Part shown: in pieces, positions 10,901 through 24,100 of the stretch
How the letters are laid out: every line of letters begins with the position of its first letter
Position numbering within the stretch: position 1 is the first letter of the stretch
NCBI GenBank assembly: GCA_002104905.1
Contig: MCFE01000373.1
Span: 1-64,000 of the forward strand
DNA length: 64,000 bases
Source: Basidiobolus meristosporus CBS 931.73
Lineage: Eukaryota > Fungi > Basidiobolomycota
Direction of reading: 5' to 3'
Notes under the pieces: model-generated
What the model was told of the DNA's origin: nothing
Database searches by the model: none
What the model saw: the letters and a program-made list of their open reading frames with translations, nothing else
Position numbers and translations under genes: made by a program

Positions 10901-13900
10901 ACATGGACTATACCGTGAGTGATCTTGGGAGTGCGGCCGAAGATTTCCAGAGAGCTTTCACGCATCGCGGATTAAGCAAACATGGGAGTACTCTGCACTG
11001 GTGGGAATGCCTTCCAAGATAAGCTAGTATCGAGTTCTGGATGGATCCTGACCACTGGGCGGTTTATAAAATCCCAGTCTATCAATGGGACAGATGCGGA
11101 ACAATTTCCATATTCCAGGTGCCAAGAAGACAAACTTGAAAACTCTTCAAGAGCACCTCGAACCAAGGCCGGATTGATCCTGCGCATCGTAAGCCCATGG
11201 CTACTCGAGCACAATACTACCAAATACATGCGTGCATTGGTTCCATTCAGCGCGTTTTTCCAGCCTTACGGCAAGAATGAGGACTGCTGATAAGGTGTGT
11301 ATCTCAAACAATAATACGCGCCTACATAGGGCAATGGGTATCAGGGGCCTAGATGATGAACAGCTCAGCTGTACTGGAGGTGTACCATATGGAGCATTAG
11401 GAGGGGAGTATGGAGAAAGCGGGGTTGTTGCACCAGTATCCAGAAACAAGACAGTATTCGAGCTTTGCCGAAACTCCATAGAGCAATTGATGGGGCGGGG
11501 TTTTAAGGAGTAGACTGTCTGAGGGTTCAAGACTGATTTTAGCACCTCCCTTCGACATCCGGGCAGTTTGGAAACATGGCCAGCAGCCAATTCGCGAGAC
11601 CCATCAGATCGCAACATATGTATGTTGAGGTGCTAAACTATCTCGCCAAATCAGCGTTACATTTAATGCTCGACATTGATCCAGCAGTGCCGATGCAGGT
11701 CAGCAGTCAGGCCGGGTATAGATTGACCCGCACTCGTTTCCACCGACATCAAAAGTGGCTTGGTTAATCGGGCTTCAGCAAAACCTTGCCATGTCCGTAA
11801 ATGCGACTATTTCTCATGCAGAAATGGATTCTCGGTACACTTCAATACACTGGAGGAATCGTATTGGATTTGTATGTAGGTAGCGTGGGCAGCCATAAAT
11901 GGCAATTCCATGGCAAGCCTTTGGGAATCCTGGCAAGTCAACACTGGGAGTCTCGATGGATATCTGCATGGATCTGAACCTGGTCAAATGCAGGCGAATG
12001 AGTAATGATGCAGCCGTGGATTCAGGTGTTGGATCCTAGGAGCCCCAAACCATCATCATGGCATCATTTGCTGATTCTCACCAGAAAATCAAGGCGAGTG
12101 GTGCGTTCAGATTGGATCGCATATCTCTATCCCGTATCTCTGATGGATTTGGTATAGGATTCGTATTGTGCAGCTTGTAGATGATCTTCTGCCATGGTTT
12201 GATAGCATCTTCGGATCTCTGGTGCTCTTGATAGACCTATCGGGAGCCAGTCGCAGAGGGGAATACAGCTGTAGTCTTAACGCTGCTTCTGGCAAGGTCA
12301 TATCCATATGGGGTCAAGGAGGGGTTAGGTTGGAAATGTCATACCGTTGAGCTGTCCTCCTTCAGGGATCCAGGATCGGTGTGGACTCCTAGACGATGGG
12401 TCGAAGCTACTAATGTTACTGAGGTGCCACGGACATGGCCATGCCATCTCCTACCCCGCGTAACTCCTTTGTCCTGTAATCCCTGCCATCAATTATGTGA
12501 TGCTACGAGCGGATAAGGCCGAGCCGTCTGGAACACACAAAGATCCACTAGAAATATTAGCCTTGGCCGAGTCCAGCTTATCTATGGGTAATATTGACCT
12601 GCATCTGGATTCAGATACTTAAACAGGGACTGAGCCTTATACTTGCCCTTCAGATTATTGGTTACGAGTCGCCAGCAGGTAAGGCTCCGGCTCCTGTCTG
12701 CAGGTCGTGAGATTGCCATGATACTCGACATTTCTGATGGGATGGTGCGGCTAACCCTAAGGGCCTTCGAAATAGGAAATAGGTGGAATTACCAAGGGGT
12801 AGCGAGAAAGCCATAGTGATATTTTTGGAGTTGCTATTTACGGCAGGTTGTGTAACCGAGGAGCATTCGACGTGCATTGGACGGGATGGTTTAGGGATGA
12901 GGTCAGAGCCGATTATTTTCGGGAAGTCTTATCGAGGATACAATGTTACTGAATCCATGGCTCGTCATTGGATTTTCATTCGAAGCTGTGCCATGGAAGA
13001 AATACGGCACATCGGAGAGCAGCTGCTATGTGAGTGATAAACCCACTCGATCACATTTGAATCGAGGAGCCACGCATAAGCAGCCGCTCCTCAGAAACGA
13101 TGTCCTGCGCAGAAGGCCGAATGGTGGAGACGGTGACGTGCTGGATCCCCATTGTGGTTGCGGCACCAATCGATCGCCTCTATTGCTCACGGAGATGCTC
13201 GTCCGCAGATAGCGGGCCCTTGTTCGCGCGTGAAACGGATACGTAGTGAGGATTCACTAGATACCAAATGTTGGAGACGACAGGTTTCTGAAAAAGCCCC
13301 ATTGGATATGACTCGAGAAGATTGGGTACCTAGCCATATGCCTCATGCATCCAACCAAACAGTAGCTGGAATTCGCCACGCACTTCCCTACTGGGCCGAG
13401 GATGTTGAGGCGGCACGAAGCCCTTTGCCAGATGGCGGTCCAGGCAATTGACCAACCATCTCCCCTCCCTGTTCCATGAAACGGGTAGAGAAGCAGGTCA
13501 GATAAGCCCACGAAGGCTTGCCTGGTGTGCATCTCACCAGCAACACCACCTCTTCATTCGCTACGCTCCGAGCGGATATCAAGATACCAAGTGTGGTTGT
13601 GTTGGCCATGACTAGTATTAGTCTCTGAATTTCTTTCACGTAGCATGATTTATTTACGAGCCCACTGGATCAACATAAAAACGAAAAAGGAAGGTAGGGA
13701 AAAAACCTGTTTTTCTATATTTAACAAGACTCAGAGGTTGGAAGCAGGTATCGAACCCGTCAGATGGATGGCTAGAATTGGGGGGGGAGAGTGGAAGCAA
13801 GGTGCACATCGCCTGGGTAACAGGGCTCCGTCGTATCAATGGGGATCACAAGGATGAACTCGACATGTGGAAATGAACTCCTGTGGAGGAGGGGATTAGT

Positions 13901-14890
13901 TTACAAAGTTTGCTGACGAGCGTGTCTCTTGTTTCGCGTGGTTTTTCGCTGATGGGTGCGTGTGTGTTGTCTAAGATTGTCTTGCCTCGAAAAGGCCTTC
14001 CCACAGCCGGGGTATGAGCAGGAGAACGGCCGCTCCATCGTGTGTATACGATGGTGGCGCTTGAGATGTTCCAAACGTTTGAATCGCATGTCACATCCAG
14101 CCACTGTGCATAAATGAATCTTCTCCGTTTGCAGTGTGATGATCCTTTTGGGGCTCGGGTTCTCACTGGGCTTGTTACCAGTTGAATGACACCCTGATTC
14201 GCCGAACGTTCTGGACGAGTCATGGGTGCTCTCAAAAAAACAAGGTTTCCGAGGCTCTGGGGAGTTCGTGAATGAATTGGTTGCGTAGGTCTCGTGTGAT
14301 AGTGCGGTAGAGAAGTCAGGCATTGTGGAGATGGTGTGTCTTCTTTCACGTTTGGCCCTTTTGGATTTCGGGAGGTTTCCAAACAAACCGGTTCCATCAT
14401 CGTCCCCATCATCGTCATAGTTAAGTAGCATGCTAATGGTGATTTTGGAGCAGATGCTGGAGGTCGTCTGAGCCTGCCGCTTTCTCTCGAACATCTCGCT
14501 AGACGCTCTTTCGGTGATGGGTGGTGGCACAGAGCCTTGGCGAATAAGTGGAAAGGTCACTGGCGAATATTCAGCCTCATGATCGTTGAGGAAGTCGCAC
14601 ATGCGACTTGGTGTTTCTGAAGAGACCGTGTGGTCCGAGAGGGGGTCCAACATAGCTGGGGATTCTGTCAACAATGCAGGTAATAAACGAGTGCGAAATA
14701 TTCCCTCCGAGGATAAACCGGTACTCTGTGAATACTTGCTTGCCATAGTAGGATGATGGGCCAAGGGAAAGCCAGGGAAATCCAGCAGGCTGCTGGACAG
14801 CATTGTCCCTTCGCCAAATCTCTCTGCAGGGTATGTTGTCGGGTGGCCAAAAACCATTGGGTTAGGGAAGGATTCTCTATTCCAAGACAT
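13901..14890 (-). CDS. C2H2 zinc-finger transcription factor with two C-terminal fingers of the Msn2/Ste12(SteA)/BrlA type, 329 aa; 5' end uncertain
   Basis: [53 protein letters not shown] gives two canonical fingers with a HTxERPF linker. Ser/Pro-rich low-complexity N-terminus, acidic DDDGDDD patch, basic KSKRAKR putative NLS. Confidence 0.85.
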   Translation of the reverse strand: MSWNRESFPNPMVFGHPTTYPAERFGEGTMLSSSLLDFPGFPLAHHPTMASKYSQSTGLSSEGIFRTRLLPALLTESPAMLDPLSDHTVSSETPSRMCDFLNDHEAEYSPVTFPLIRQGSVPPPITERASSEMFERKRQAQTTSSICSKITISMLLNYDDDGDDDGTGLFGNLPKSKRAKRERRHTISTMPDFSTALSHETYATNSFTNSPEPRKPCFFESTHDSSRTFGESGCHSTGNKPSENPSPKRIITLQTEKIHLCTVAGCDMRFKRLEHLKRHHRIHTMERPFSCSYPGCGKAFSRQDNLRQHTRTHQRKTTRNKRHARQQTL

Positions 14891-17800
14891 TTCTTGCTAC
14901 TCTAGCTGAGTTCAGTGAAGGGAATGGATACTTCAAGAAACAACGGGGATGCGCAAAAGGGTTGTATGACTGCGAACGATATGACCAAGGATGAAAAGGA
15001 ATGTACAAACAACTCTTTGATCGCACAATATTCATTTCGTGGCAGCCGAGTTTTTATAAAGAAATCATGGGCATGATAATGGCAGATCCAAACAATATTA
15101 GACAGCTCTATTGAGTCCATGGTTTGGCCAAGATCTGTTAAGCACTATATGGGTGGGTTTTCAGGTATTTCGAGGGATCCTCTTGAATTGGTTGCCATAC
15201 CAATGATATGCATGGCACGAGTCGAGTGATTCCGAGCGTTGAAAAGTTTTTTCTACTGATCATGATCACAGTGGATGATGAAACATCAACCGCTCGTAGA
15301 TCCAGCCCGAGAGAGGTATACAGGTTTGAAAATTGAGGGATCCGAAACCATGAGAGGATCTGGGTGATGCCCTTTGATTCGCAGAGCAGATGTGGCGCCT
15401 GCCTCGCGAACCCAGCGGTGTTTAAGGGGCTGGGACATAACGAATACGACATTTGGTCAAAGCTCTCTGAATCACTCTATGGGTATTGATAGAGTAGCTT
15501 CCATGCTCGGCCCGCCACTCTGCTCCTGATGACTTCAATCTCATATGGCAGAAGCATCACCGTGTGGAGATGGCTCTCCAAATCTTTGGTCCAGGTAGCT
15601 CAGCAACCATTACATACGGGCTTGAAGGAGGCCAGACGGGCCAATCAAGCGGCTGAGGCTTATCCATAAGCAGCCAGACTCCAGGAGTGGTCGATGCATG
15701 AGCCCTCTGTCCTAGAGCAGCCAGCCCTCGCCGCCACACTGGAGGGTCGAATACGTCACAGCAATCCCCGATTCATGCGAGCTCACTGCCCATAACGCTG
15801 AAGCAGCGTGCTCAGCGATGGCCCAAAAGGATCATCCACACTGAATGATCACTCAACACCGACCTACCTGGAGGCCTGTAAGAAGTGGGCTGCATGGTGT
15901 ATGGTGAACCCGAATTCCGTTTTCTGATTCGAGGCCAACTCCTTAGCACATCGGCAAAAACGGGGACCACTACCCGCGGGGGCATTAGCATCACTGTACG
16001 CCATGCTAGATATGTTTAAGATTCCACAATCGGGGCTGAGTGCCTGGCTTAGATTTCATTCGATCGGATGCCATAGCTAACCTGATTCGTTTGGCTTCCT
16101 GCTCTACGACATCCTCACCATCCCGCGTCTCTTGCACCACATGATTAGCTGAATCATTGTTTGTTTTAGATCTCTCAGGTCTTGTTTGCTGCATCCTGCC
16201 CGGATTCGGCCCAATGGAAGGTGCAGGCTATAGAGTGGGGCTACTATGTAGATCGTGGATGCGTGATCGATATCACAAGTGATCTTCATCTATCAAGGTT
16301 TAATGGGATTCCTACTATTATCCGTTGGGTGCTCCGGATCACAAGCATGCAGTTGCTGAAGCCAGCTGTTGGTGAATATGAACCTAGAATCAACCTTGGT
16401 AACATTACCTCCTTGTGCGGAATATATTGGATCCTCCTCTGATCGTATGAGGCGATGGGAACTTTCATGTAGCATGAAACACTCGGGGAAGATCTAGCCA
16501 TTCAAGGGGTTGCCTGGCAATTGGTTCATTAAGAGGTGCATCATTGCTGCTGTATCACTGAGGAGATTTCCATCAGAAATCACGGCCATTCCTAGAATGG
16601 AGTCACAGCCAATACAGCTCAAGGAGGATATTTCAGCCTGTAAGTGATGCATGGCATGTGGTTTGTCGGGGAGTCAGCGGTGCGGAATCTCTACATCTTG
16701 GTCACTCAAGCCCTCTGTACGCAGGCGAAGACAGCCGGGTGTCTCGTTGGCCGGCTCGCCTGGCGGGAATTGTCAGAAGCCTCGGCCGCGCTCGGAAAAT
16801 TTGCCAAATGGAGGTTTGGGGGTAAAAATCGGATTAGGGTGCGAGGTGATGGCATGCTGGCAAGACAGGTCGTGAGAGGGTGACAAACGGGCTGATGGGC
16901 AAGCGTCGAATCTATATTTCATTATCCAGGCAGCCAGTTTGTGTCCCAACCCACCTAAGACATGCATCCCTCCCTTATCATCATGTTTGCGTGGTATCCA
17001 CGCATTTTACCATTTGGGGAAGTGCTGACTTCCAACCGAACTCGATATTTGCTTGTTACTGCCATGCACGACATTGCCTTCGCATATCTCATGTAAACCT
17101 TTGTGGGTTTCATCCACGATACTTTGCAACACTGATAATCAATCTCCTGATCAAAGCCGCACGGCACTGGGTCGCCGAATTCATGATCGGGTACTGTAGC
17201 CAGAGCCAATTTAGTGGGAGTGGAATGCCTCCTGGGACACTCATCAAGCCCGGCACTAGGGACTGAAGTCCATCCTCCTCGGTTCCCCAACGTTGGTGCC
17301 AGAGCTTGCTGACACCCAGAATCCGATTCAGGTTGGCCTACCAGATTACTCAAGTCCTGGTTGTATCACTGATGAAGTTCTCTTTAGCCTGACCGAAGCT
17401 GTGGTACTAAACCATGTACCACTGCCCCGTCTGTGTCCATATGCAGGTGTTTATACCAAGCCCTCACTCTCTCCAAAAGAACTTGGGTGAGACAGGCATG
17501 TTGATGGAGATGACCACTCCAGCCCAAATTAAGGCTCAATGCCAGTGTGTTAACTTGATTCCATGATTCGGGATGTGTGCAATGGGCTTTATCAGATGAA
17601 CAGCCACTCCTAAGTACACTCGTCATTATCCAAGGTTTCAATGTGACAGTGCATGGGGTCTTTTGGTGTTCTAGGTGCACTGCAATGACCATAGATGGGG
17701 TCGCATGATGCTGGCTAGGAAGTATCCATCTGGAACTACACAACTCCAGATTCTCTGGGCTATAACCAGTTTAATGAGCTCTAGATAGAGCGTGACAAAT

Positions 17801-18225
17801 GCAATTGGCGAGCACAGAATATAACCACCTACCGGAAATGTTACCTAGCGTGGTGAATATTGATGGCTCATACTTGATTTCACATATCCGGCCTCAATGT
17901 CATCTATTTGTATCATCCGAGTAAGTGATTCTATAGGCCAGACCCGCACTTGGCCGTCTGACGTTTCAAACTCATCAAAGAAAATTGGTGCCAATTTGAT
18001 GATACAAGTATATAATTATACACGCTTCTGTTGATGCGTCTTGCGTACTTCAATCCACTCTATACTATTCGTTTTGTATAAACTACCCTCTAAACCTCAC
18101 TTCGTCCATAACTTAACAGGGCACTTTGTGCTTGTCATCGCTCTATAACTCTAACGGTAACTTGAACATTTCTGCCAAGACAACAGGCTATTTACACAGA
18201 CCCCGATTGATTTAGACATTTCTTT

Positions 18226-18915
18226 ATGAGAATCCCATTCCTAATTGACGTCCAAAAATCAACGTTACTCGTCGTTTCTCTACAAAGCCTCGCTCTAACC
18301 ATCCCCATCGTTCCCGATGCCCATTCAAAAGGGAAAGACCTTCGGGGCCGTAGCACATATGACGAAGGGGCGGACTCTGTGCTTCCGCTAGGTGGAAAAT
18401 CACTAGTAAAAAGGATATTGGAAGAGGCAGATGTGAATAACATGATTACTATCGGTTCCATCACGATATCCCCGCTATATCTCGCCATGTTCATCTGCAT
18501 TTGTGTATCAATGACCTGCTTATGTATAGCAATAGTTTTCCTCCAATCACGTAGGGCAAGGAAAAGAAGCATGGAGATGGAGGCCAAGAGCAGGAGCTCC
18601 ATGTTTGAGGACGTTTCTTCTCCTCGGCTGAACATTTCCGAACGAGAAAAACAGGATGCGGCGAACATGAGCGAGCTCGGTGAGCTCCTGGACGGGGAAG
18701 AAGGCTACTCAGTGAGCCCACCACTCAACGGTGAGTCGACCTTGAATTTGCTAAACAATTTGGCTGGTCCAGACTCTTCGACAAATCAAGATCACTCCAG
18801 AGCCTGCGAAAAAAGGGATAAGGAACGCACTTGGCAGTTGGGGAATTTAACCCTCGGTAGCTATCATCAACCACCACAACGCCGGTATCTTAGAGATTCC
18901 TATCTAGTATGGTGA
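18226..18915 (+). CDS. Hypothetical single-pass (type I) membrane protein, 229 aa
   Basis: ATG-initiated ORF with a signal-like N-terminus, a dibasic KR site, one strong TM (LYLAMFICICVSMTCLCIAIVFL) followed by a positive-inside RRARKR, and a low-complexity cytosolic tail. No recognised domain. Confidence 0.6.
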   Translation: MRIPFLIDVQKSTLLVVSLQSLALTIPIVPDAHSKGKDLRGRSTYDEGADSVLPLGGKSLVKRILEEADVNNMITIGSITISPLYLAMFICICVSMTCLCIAIVFLQSRRARKRSMEMEAKSRSSMFEDVSSPRLNISEREKQDAANMSELGELLDGEEGYSVSPPLNGESTLNLLNNLAGPDSSTNQDHSRACEKRDKERTWQLGNLTLGSYHQPPQRRYLRDSYLVW

Positions 18916-19889
18916 GCTATGTGATACAAGCCAACAAGCTAATACCCTGCTCTTAACCATGCTAACTTATCCCCGGTTTTAATCTGTACGTCTAATGACT
19001 CATCGGCCATCTCAATCGGCATTGTATTTTAAAGGCACCTGTACTGCCAGAATCCCACACTCTACCATCCAAACATGTAACCCACCCAATTACTCGACTC
19101 TTAACCATGTCGGCTTGTCCATTTGCTGGCAATGGATATATTGAACTCTGTGATGAGGATGAAGCTGAAATCCTATTGTTCTTCACAATATACAAGCAAG
19201 TCCACGAGCTGCATCCTCAAACATCATATGCAATAGGCAGTGTTCGGTTTGGTACTATATATGATGGGAGCCCGGGAATATTCCCGTGTGTTGTTTCTGG
19301 AGACGATGAAACTGGAATCCAAGTTAGAGTACGGTCACGATCATCACTCCCATGGACAAAATATTTCATGTCAAACAGATCTGCTAGCTTACTGGGAACG
19401 ATGTAAATAGCCTCTGGAAGAAAGGGGTGATTACGGTATCCTTATCTGAATCAGCAGTCCATGCTAAATACCGGAAGTCAGTCATTCCTGACGTCCATTA
19501 GGAGTTAATGAATCATCTGCATACCACTTAATGCGCAGGTCCCTGGATTGCTGTATCAAGGATCCATTGGTGACTATTTTTGGGATTCCCATGAGTCACA
19601 GCTGAAAAGGGTCCTTCAGGCAATAGGAAATTTGGAGCCGGTGGGTCTTCATGACCGAAATTTTGGATGATGTTTTTATTGAGTCTTCTAATGGGAGTAA
19701 ATCAATCTCGAAGTATAATTAGTAAATACAGTAAATATGATATACAGATTACGGGCCAGCGTTCTTTGACGAACTCTTGGTACCCAAGAGTGGGGGTGAG
19801 TTAGTCCATCCTTGCGCATGAACGGATGTACGTTTTAACAATCAAAACTGGGCTGATTTACAAACATGTGGATGCTTGCATTAAGGCAA

Positions 19890-21194
19890 TCACTCGGTTT
19901 CTCCTTTTTCTGTCGACCCCTGGGTATGGTTTGTTTCCTTGACATCCTTAGCAATGAAATAAGTGAACGGCAAGGAGACTGTAAAGAGTGCCCAGGAGAT
20001 GATAAGCTGAGTAAGGAATGCCGTATTGACGGCATCGATTCTCCAAGCAATGGCCCCACCTGCTGACTGGAGACCCTTGTAGAACCCTGCGTATCTAGCA
20101 AGTACAGTGGAATCATTCGATAATGCTCCCATGAGCCAGTAGGCGTATGTTTGCAGGGCTGCATCACAGAGCCCGTAGAAGACGTACAACAACCACTTGG
20201 GCCAGAATGCCCCAGGGTTGTCGATGAAATCAATGTTCTTCGGATGATCTTCGCGGGTGTACTGAAGCTGGAGAGCAAGTCCACCGCCCCACGTAGCGGT
20301 GAACATCGCCCCCACAATAGCGAGGCCATAGAGTGCTCTGGCACGGCGGTCAAACCTTGGATTGTCCAGGAAGGTGCCCAAGGCAAAAGCCCCAATCATC
20401 TGAAAGCCCCAATAGAAAGCGTTGTTGAAAGAGCGGGTGCGCAAATTAAACAGCACCCCATTTACAGCTCCGAATTGGTACGAGTAGAACCAGTTGGAAG
20501 CTAGGCACATTGGAATAAGTAGAAGCATGTACTTGTCCGTGAAGAGCTTGACAATTTCCACGATTTCGTGCCAGACATTGCTGAACTTCTCAACATGAAC
20601 TCGGCTTCCATCGTCACGAACCACCTTCTCCGGGGGAAGAAGCGCCAATCCGGCTATGGCTCCGATGATCATGATCACCAGGAAGGCAAGATACGTAGAG
20701 TTGCTCACCGCTCCAGCTTCAGAGTGGAAGTTTAGCCCGAATGGAATGAACGCTCCCATCACTCCACCAAGATTGAAGATGATCCAGAAAAGCCCTACGC
20801 ATCTCCCCTTCTGATCCTCGGCTGGGTACGCCATCATCACCACTCCCTGTGTGGTCCAGAGAATACCCGCACCAACACCAAGGATCGCACTCGCACCGAT
20901 CACGAAGCCAGCGTTCCCGGTATTGTTGTAGTTGAGAAGGGATCCGGAATAGAGAGCGTACGACAGTCCACCAAACAACAAACATAAACGACCGCCAAGT
21001 ATGTTGTAGAAACCACCTCCGAGGTAACCAAAGACGGCGAAGCAAGCGTATAGAGCGACGTTTCCGTTCTTAGCGGTGTTGTCGTCCATCTGGCCACCGG
21101 CACCCATACCGTTGATAACGTTGAACATTCCTGGACAGCAAAAACAGATAAGGCCCACAAGGAGCACTTGCGCGAGTGGACTATTATAACGCAT
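19890..21194 (-). CDS. UNC-93-like MFS membrane transporter, copy 1, 434 aa
   Basis: ATG at 21194 (MRYNSPLAQVLLVGLICFCCPGMFN), the typical start of fungal/plant UNC-93-like proteins. Multiple TM segments; motifs GILWTTQG, WIIFNLGGVMG, RYAGFYKGLQSAG. Intact and intronless. Confidence 0.92.
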   Translation of the reverse strand: MRYNSPLAQVLLVGLICFCCPGMFNVINGMGAGGQMDDNTAKNGNVALYACFAVFGYLGGGFYNILGGRLCLLFGGLSYALYSGSLLNYNNTGNAGFVIGASAILGVGAGILWTTQGVVMMAYPAEDQKGRCVGLFWIIFNLGGVMGAFIPFGLNFHSEAGAVSNSTYLAFLVIMIIGAIAGLALLPPEKVVRDDGSRVHVEKFSNVWHEIVEIVKLFTDKYMLLLIPMCLASNWFYSYQFGAVNGVLFNLRTRSFNNAFYWGFQMIGAFALGTFLDNPRFDRRARALYGLAIVGAMFTATWGGGLALQLQYTREDHPKNIDFIDNPGAFWPKWLLYVFYGLCDAALQTYAYWLMGALSNDSTVLARYAGFYKGLQSAGGAIAWRIDAVNTAFLTQLIISWALFTVSLPFTYFIAKDVKETNHTQGSTEKGETE

Positions 21195-24100
21195 TGCTAT
21201 TTTTTGGGATGGAAAGGAGAGGTGCCCTGCTCTTATATAAATCTCCAAACCGTCATGAAATCATGCACAGGGTGGTGGAAATTCGATGAATTAGATATAC
21301 CAGTCAAATAGAGTCTAGGATTGCGAAGTTCGCAGTTGGCTGAGTGGATCCGACGGACCAAGCCAATCGTAGTCGGCGGACGGTCTCAGGACATGGTTGG
21401 TTTCTCGGCTAATTAATGGGCTTCTGAATATGTGGTGTATATTAAATTGGGGTTGTCAGATATTTATGAAAGTTGTAATTCAAAACCTGACCTTATCCGA
21501 CTCAAGCAAGGATTTTATCAAGCCCCTGCGGTCAGCCACATGGCTCCTAAAGGTTGATACTTCGGTTACAGCCATTGTTTATTCCACAGCCAGCCTAGCT
21601 TTACATATGCACCATCAGGGAGAAGATAGGCAGGCTAACAATGGATTCAATCCACCCGGTTACGCAGCCCGAGTGGATGTTTGCTAATCGTTTCAAATCC
21701 ATGGTTGCCACCAATCCATTTGGGATTTTGACGAAGCTTAAACCTAAATCTACGCGTATTACGAATGTCTCTAAGGTTTTGGACGACAGCGCGTCGTACC
21801 ATTTTGTTCCGGCTCCTATGAGCCAAACAGAGAGGATTCTTGATGAAGATGTCTCTTTTCAGAATAATGGTGGTCATTGACATGATTAGTGCGCCAAGTC
21901 GCGTTAACTGCGATAACGACCAATCTATTCGCGGTGACTTCACCACTTGAATCCATATATAGGGGCCAATGGTGCCTCGATACCGATGGCTCATGTTCGC
22001 TCTATCTGCCAATAATGAGAGAATTCATTTTATGCCCAGCTCAATCCACTAACAGATCCCCAATCTCGCACTGCCATTGCACCGCAGCGTTACTCAGTAC
22101 ACATCACGCTCTACCATTTGTCAATTCGTGGTTGCTGAATCGAGCTCATGTGGGATACCTCGGTAGCCGTTCATGAGGAAGCTTCGTTTGAAGAAATAAC
22201 CGACTGTTTTCATCTCTGCATGGCACACATATGCAGCCAGGTGCCTCGTTGGTCTCTTCCAAAAATGCGCCAACGCATTGCTTGAGCAGCGAATACCTCC
22301 TAGCCTGATCAGGTTAACACCGACTTCGCCTGGTCACGTTATGGCGCAAATCTATGCACTCCAGCGTCCCATTTCTGAAACCGGATACCAGCAACAAATA
22401 CGGTCATGTGGGCTCCAATTCTCAATCCAGGACAAACATCCTTCACAAAAAGGCCAAACACAGCCAGTAGTAAAGTACGAATTATCCGAGTTAACCAACC
22501 AGCTACTTAGACTCCTCATTAATGTTCATAAATATAGATGCATCTACGCCGTCAGCCAATTAGCTTCACCAGTAAGAATACGCCCAACTGGAAGTGGCAG
22601 CAACGATTTGCTGGAAGTTTGTTAACCGTAATGATAGGACGCTCTCTAAGCAATATATGCATTTGGAGCTAACCGAATTGGTAACGAATGCCCCGACCCA
22701 CTCGAGCGTGATGATAGAGTGCAAGGAGCGCTCATGTACAAGTATTCCCGACTACGACGATGTTGCGAATCACAACTGCAGTTCTGGGTGGCCAACCTTG
22801 AATGAAGAGAAGGTAAACAAAAGGTGGGTGGGAAGGAAAAAACGATCTGGTGGGAATAAATGGCCATTGACCCAGGATACGATCCGTGATTATCGAAACC
22901 GCGCAGAATCAAGGCTGATCTCTAGTTGTCGCCAACCATCTACGAGAGCCATGGCAAGTGGTTTCTCTTGCTGGACATTATTCCAATGGATGCCCGTGGG
23001 CGTTGGGATTGGAGCGTAGTGGTGGAGGATGTCTCACCCTGTCTCACACACCAGAGATGTGCCAGTATTCCTGTACAAATGGAATGCAAGATCCGGGTAG
23101 TCAAATGATCACGAAGCAACCCAAAGCTTGGAACTTTGCTAGAATTTTATTGGGTAACGAGCGCGCATACAGGATACAAATCAACAGAGGGGATATCAAG
23201 TGCACCGACATCTCTCGCGCTAGTGTAATATTGCAAACCATCAGACGAAGGGATAAACTGGGAAAGGCGATGGGTCCCCTGAAGTGTCCGAACGCAGAGC
23301 CCATGCTCGTTTTGCGGTACTGATGCCGCCGCAATGCGGCCTAGGTCTTTCAAAACCCTGATGAATGGTCATCCAAGTTACTTCCCCATTGAATCTTCAT
23401 CCGTGGCTTATGATATCGCTGCTTTCCATTTTGATGATCGGAGTGATCGGGATGAAATGATCTTAAATTTGGGAATGGCTGACCAGGTCAGCATAGGATC
23501 TAGATAAAGTGAATGTGGCTTGGAAGCGCACTCTCGAAACACCATGACCTTCCTCCAACAGACCGAAGTCCAGGAGAGTTCGTAGCCATTTGGTGCGAAT
23601 AGGCGACTCCTCCCCTCGGCGGATTACGTGTTTATCATAATATGGTTTCGAGCGTCGCAAATGAGGTCTCTAGATTGCAATTGATTTTCAGATCACAACC
23701 TATCAGTGGGTTAATTTGCTTCAATAGGAAGTATAGCACCCTATTCTTTGTCCCCAGATATTCAGTGCTCAATTTGCGTCAGCCAGTGTGTGTGTGCCAG
23801 TGTGACGGTATAGGCTACATGAAACATGTGGGAAACCAGAGTTGGATATGGTCAAGCAGTGTTCACAATGTCGAGTATGGCTCAGCCGGTGATCCGCCCA
23901 GATGGAAGAAATCATCTCAGCTTACTGGCAGCTTCGTAGGAATTGGTTACCTTCTTAGATCTGGCCATCAATCAGGATCGATGCTAATGGTCAGTTGGCT
24001 TGTATTATGACCAAGAATGCTCTTTATACATGCCCACAATGGACCCCAGTCGTGTTCAGATGTTCATTGGCTGGGTCTTGTGTACTTTGCATTTCAGGCG

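Noticed and set aside
11201-11617. Minus-strand ORF containing LFLDTGAT, like an aspartic protease active site
   Set aside because: A single short motif with no convincing second protease motif in frame and no neighbouring retroelement domains.
13735-13800. Minus-strand GGGTTCGATACC resembling a tRNA T-loop / B-box
   Set aside because: No D-arm, anticodon arm or acceptor stem can be built around it.
17490-17680. IRDVCNGLYQMNSH.VH resembling kinase subdomain VI
   Set aside because: No HRD, DFG or APE motifs and multiple stops; likely chance.
19107-19406. 99-aa ATG-initiated ORF
   Set aside because: No domain, signal or homolog within the window; length is within chance range.
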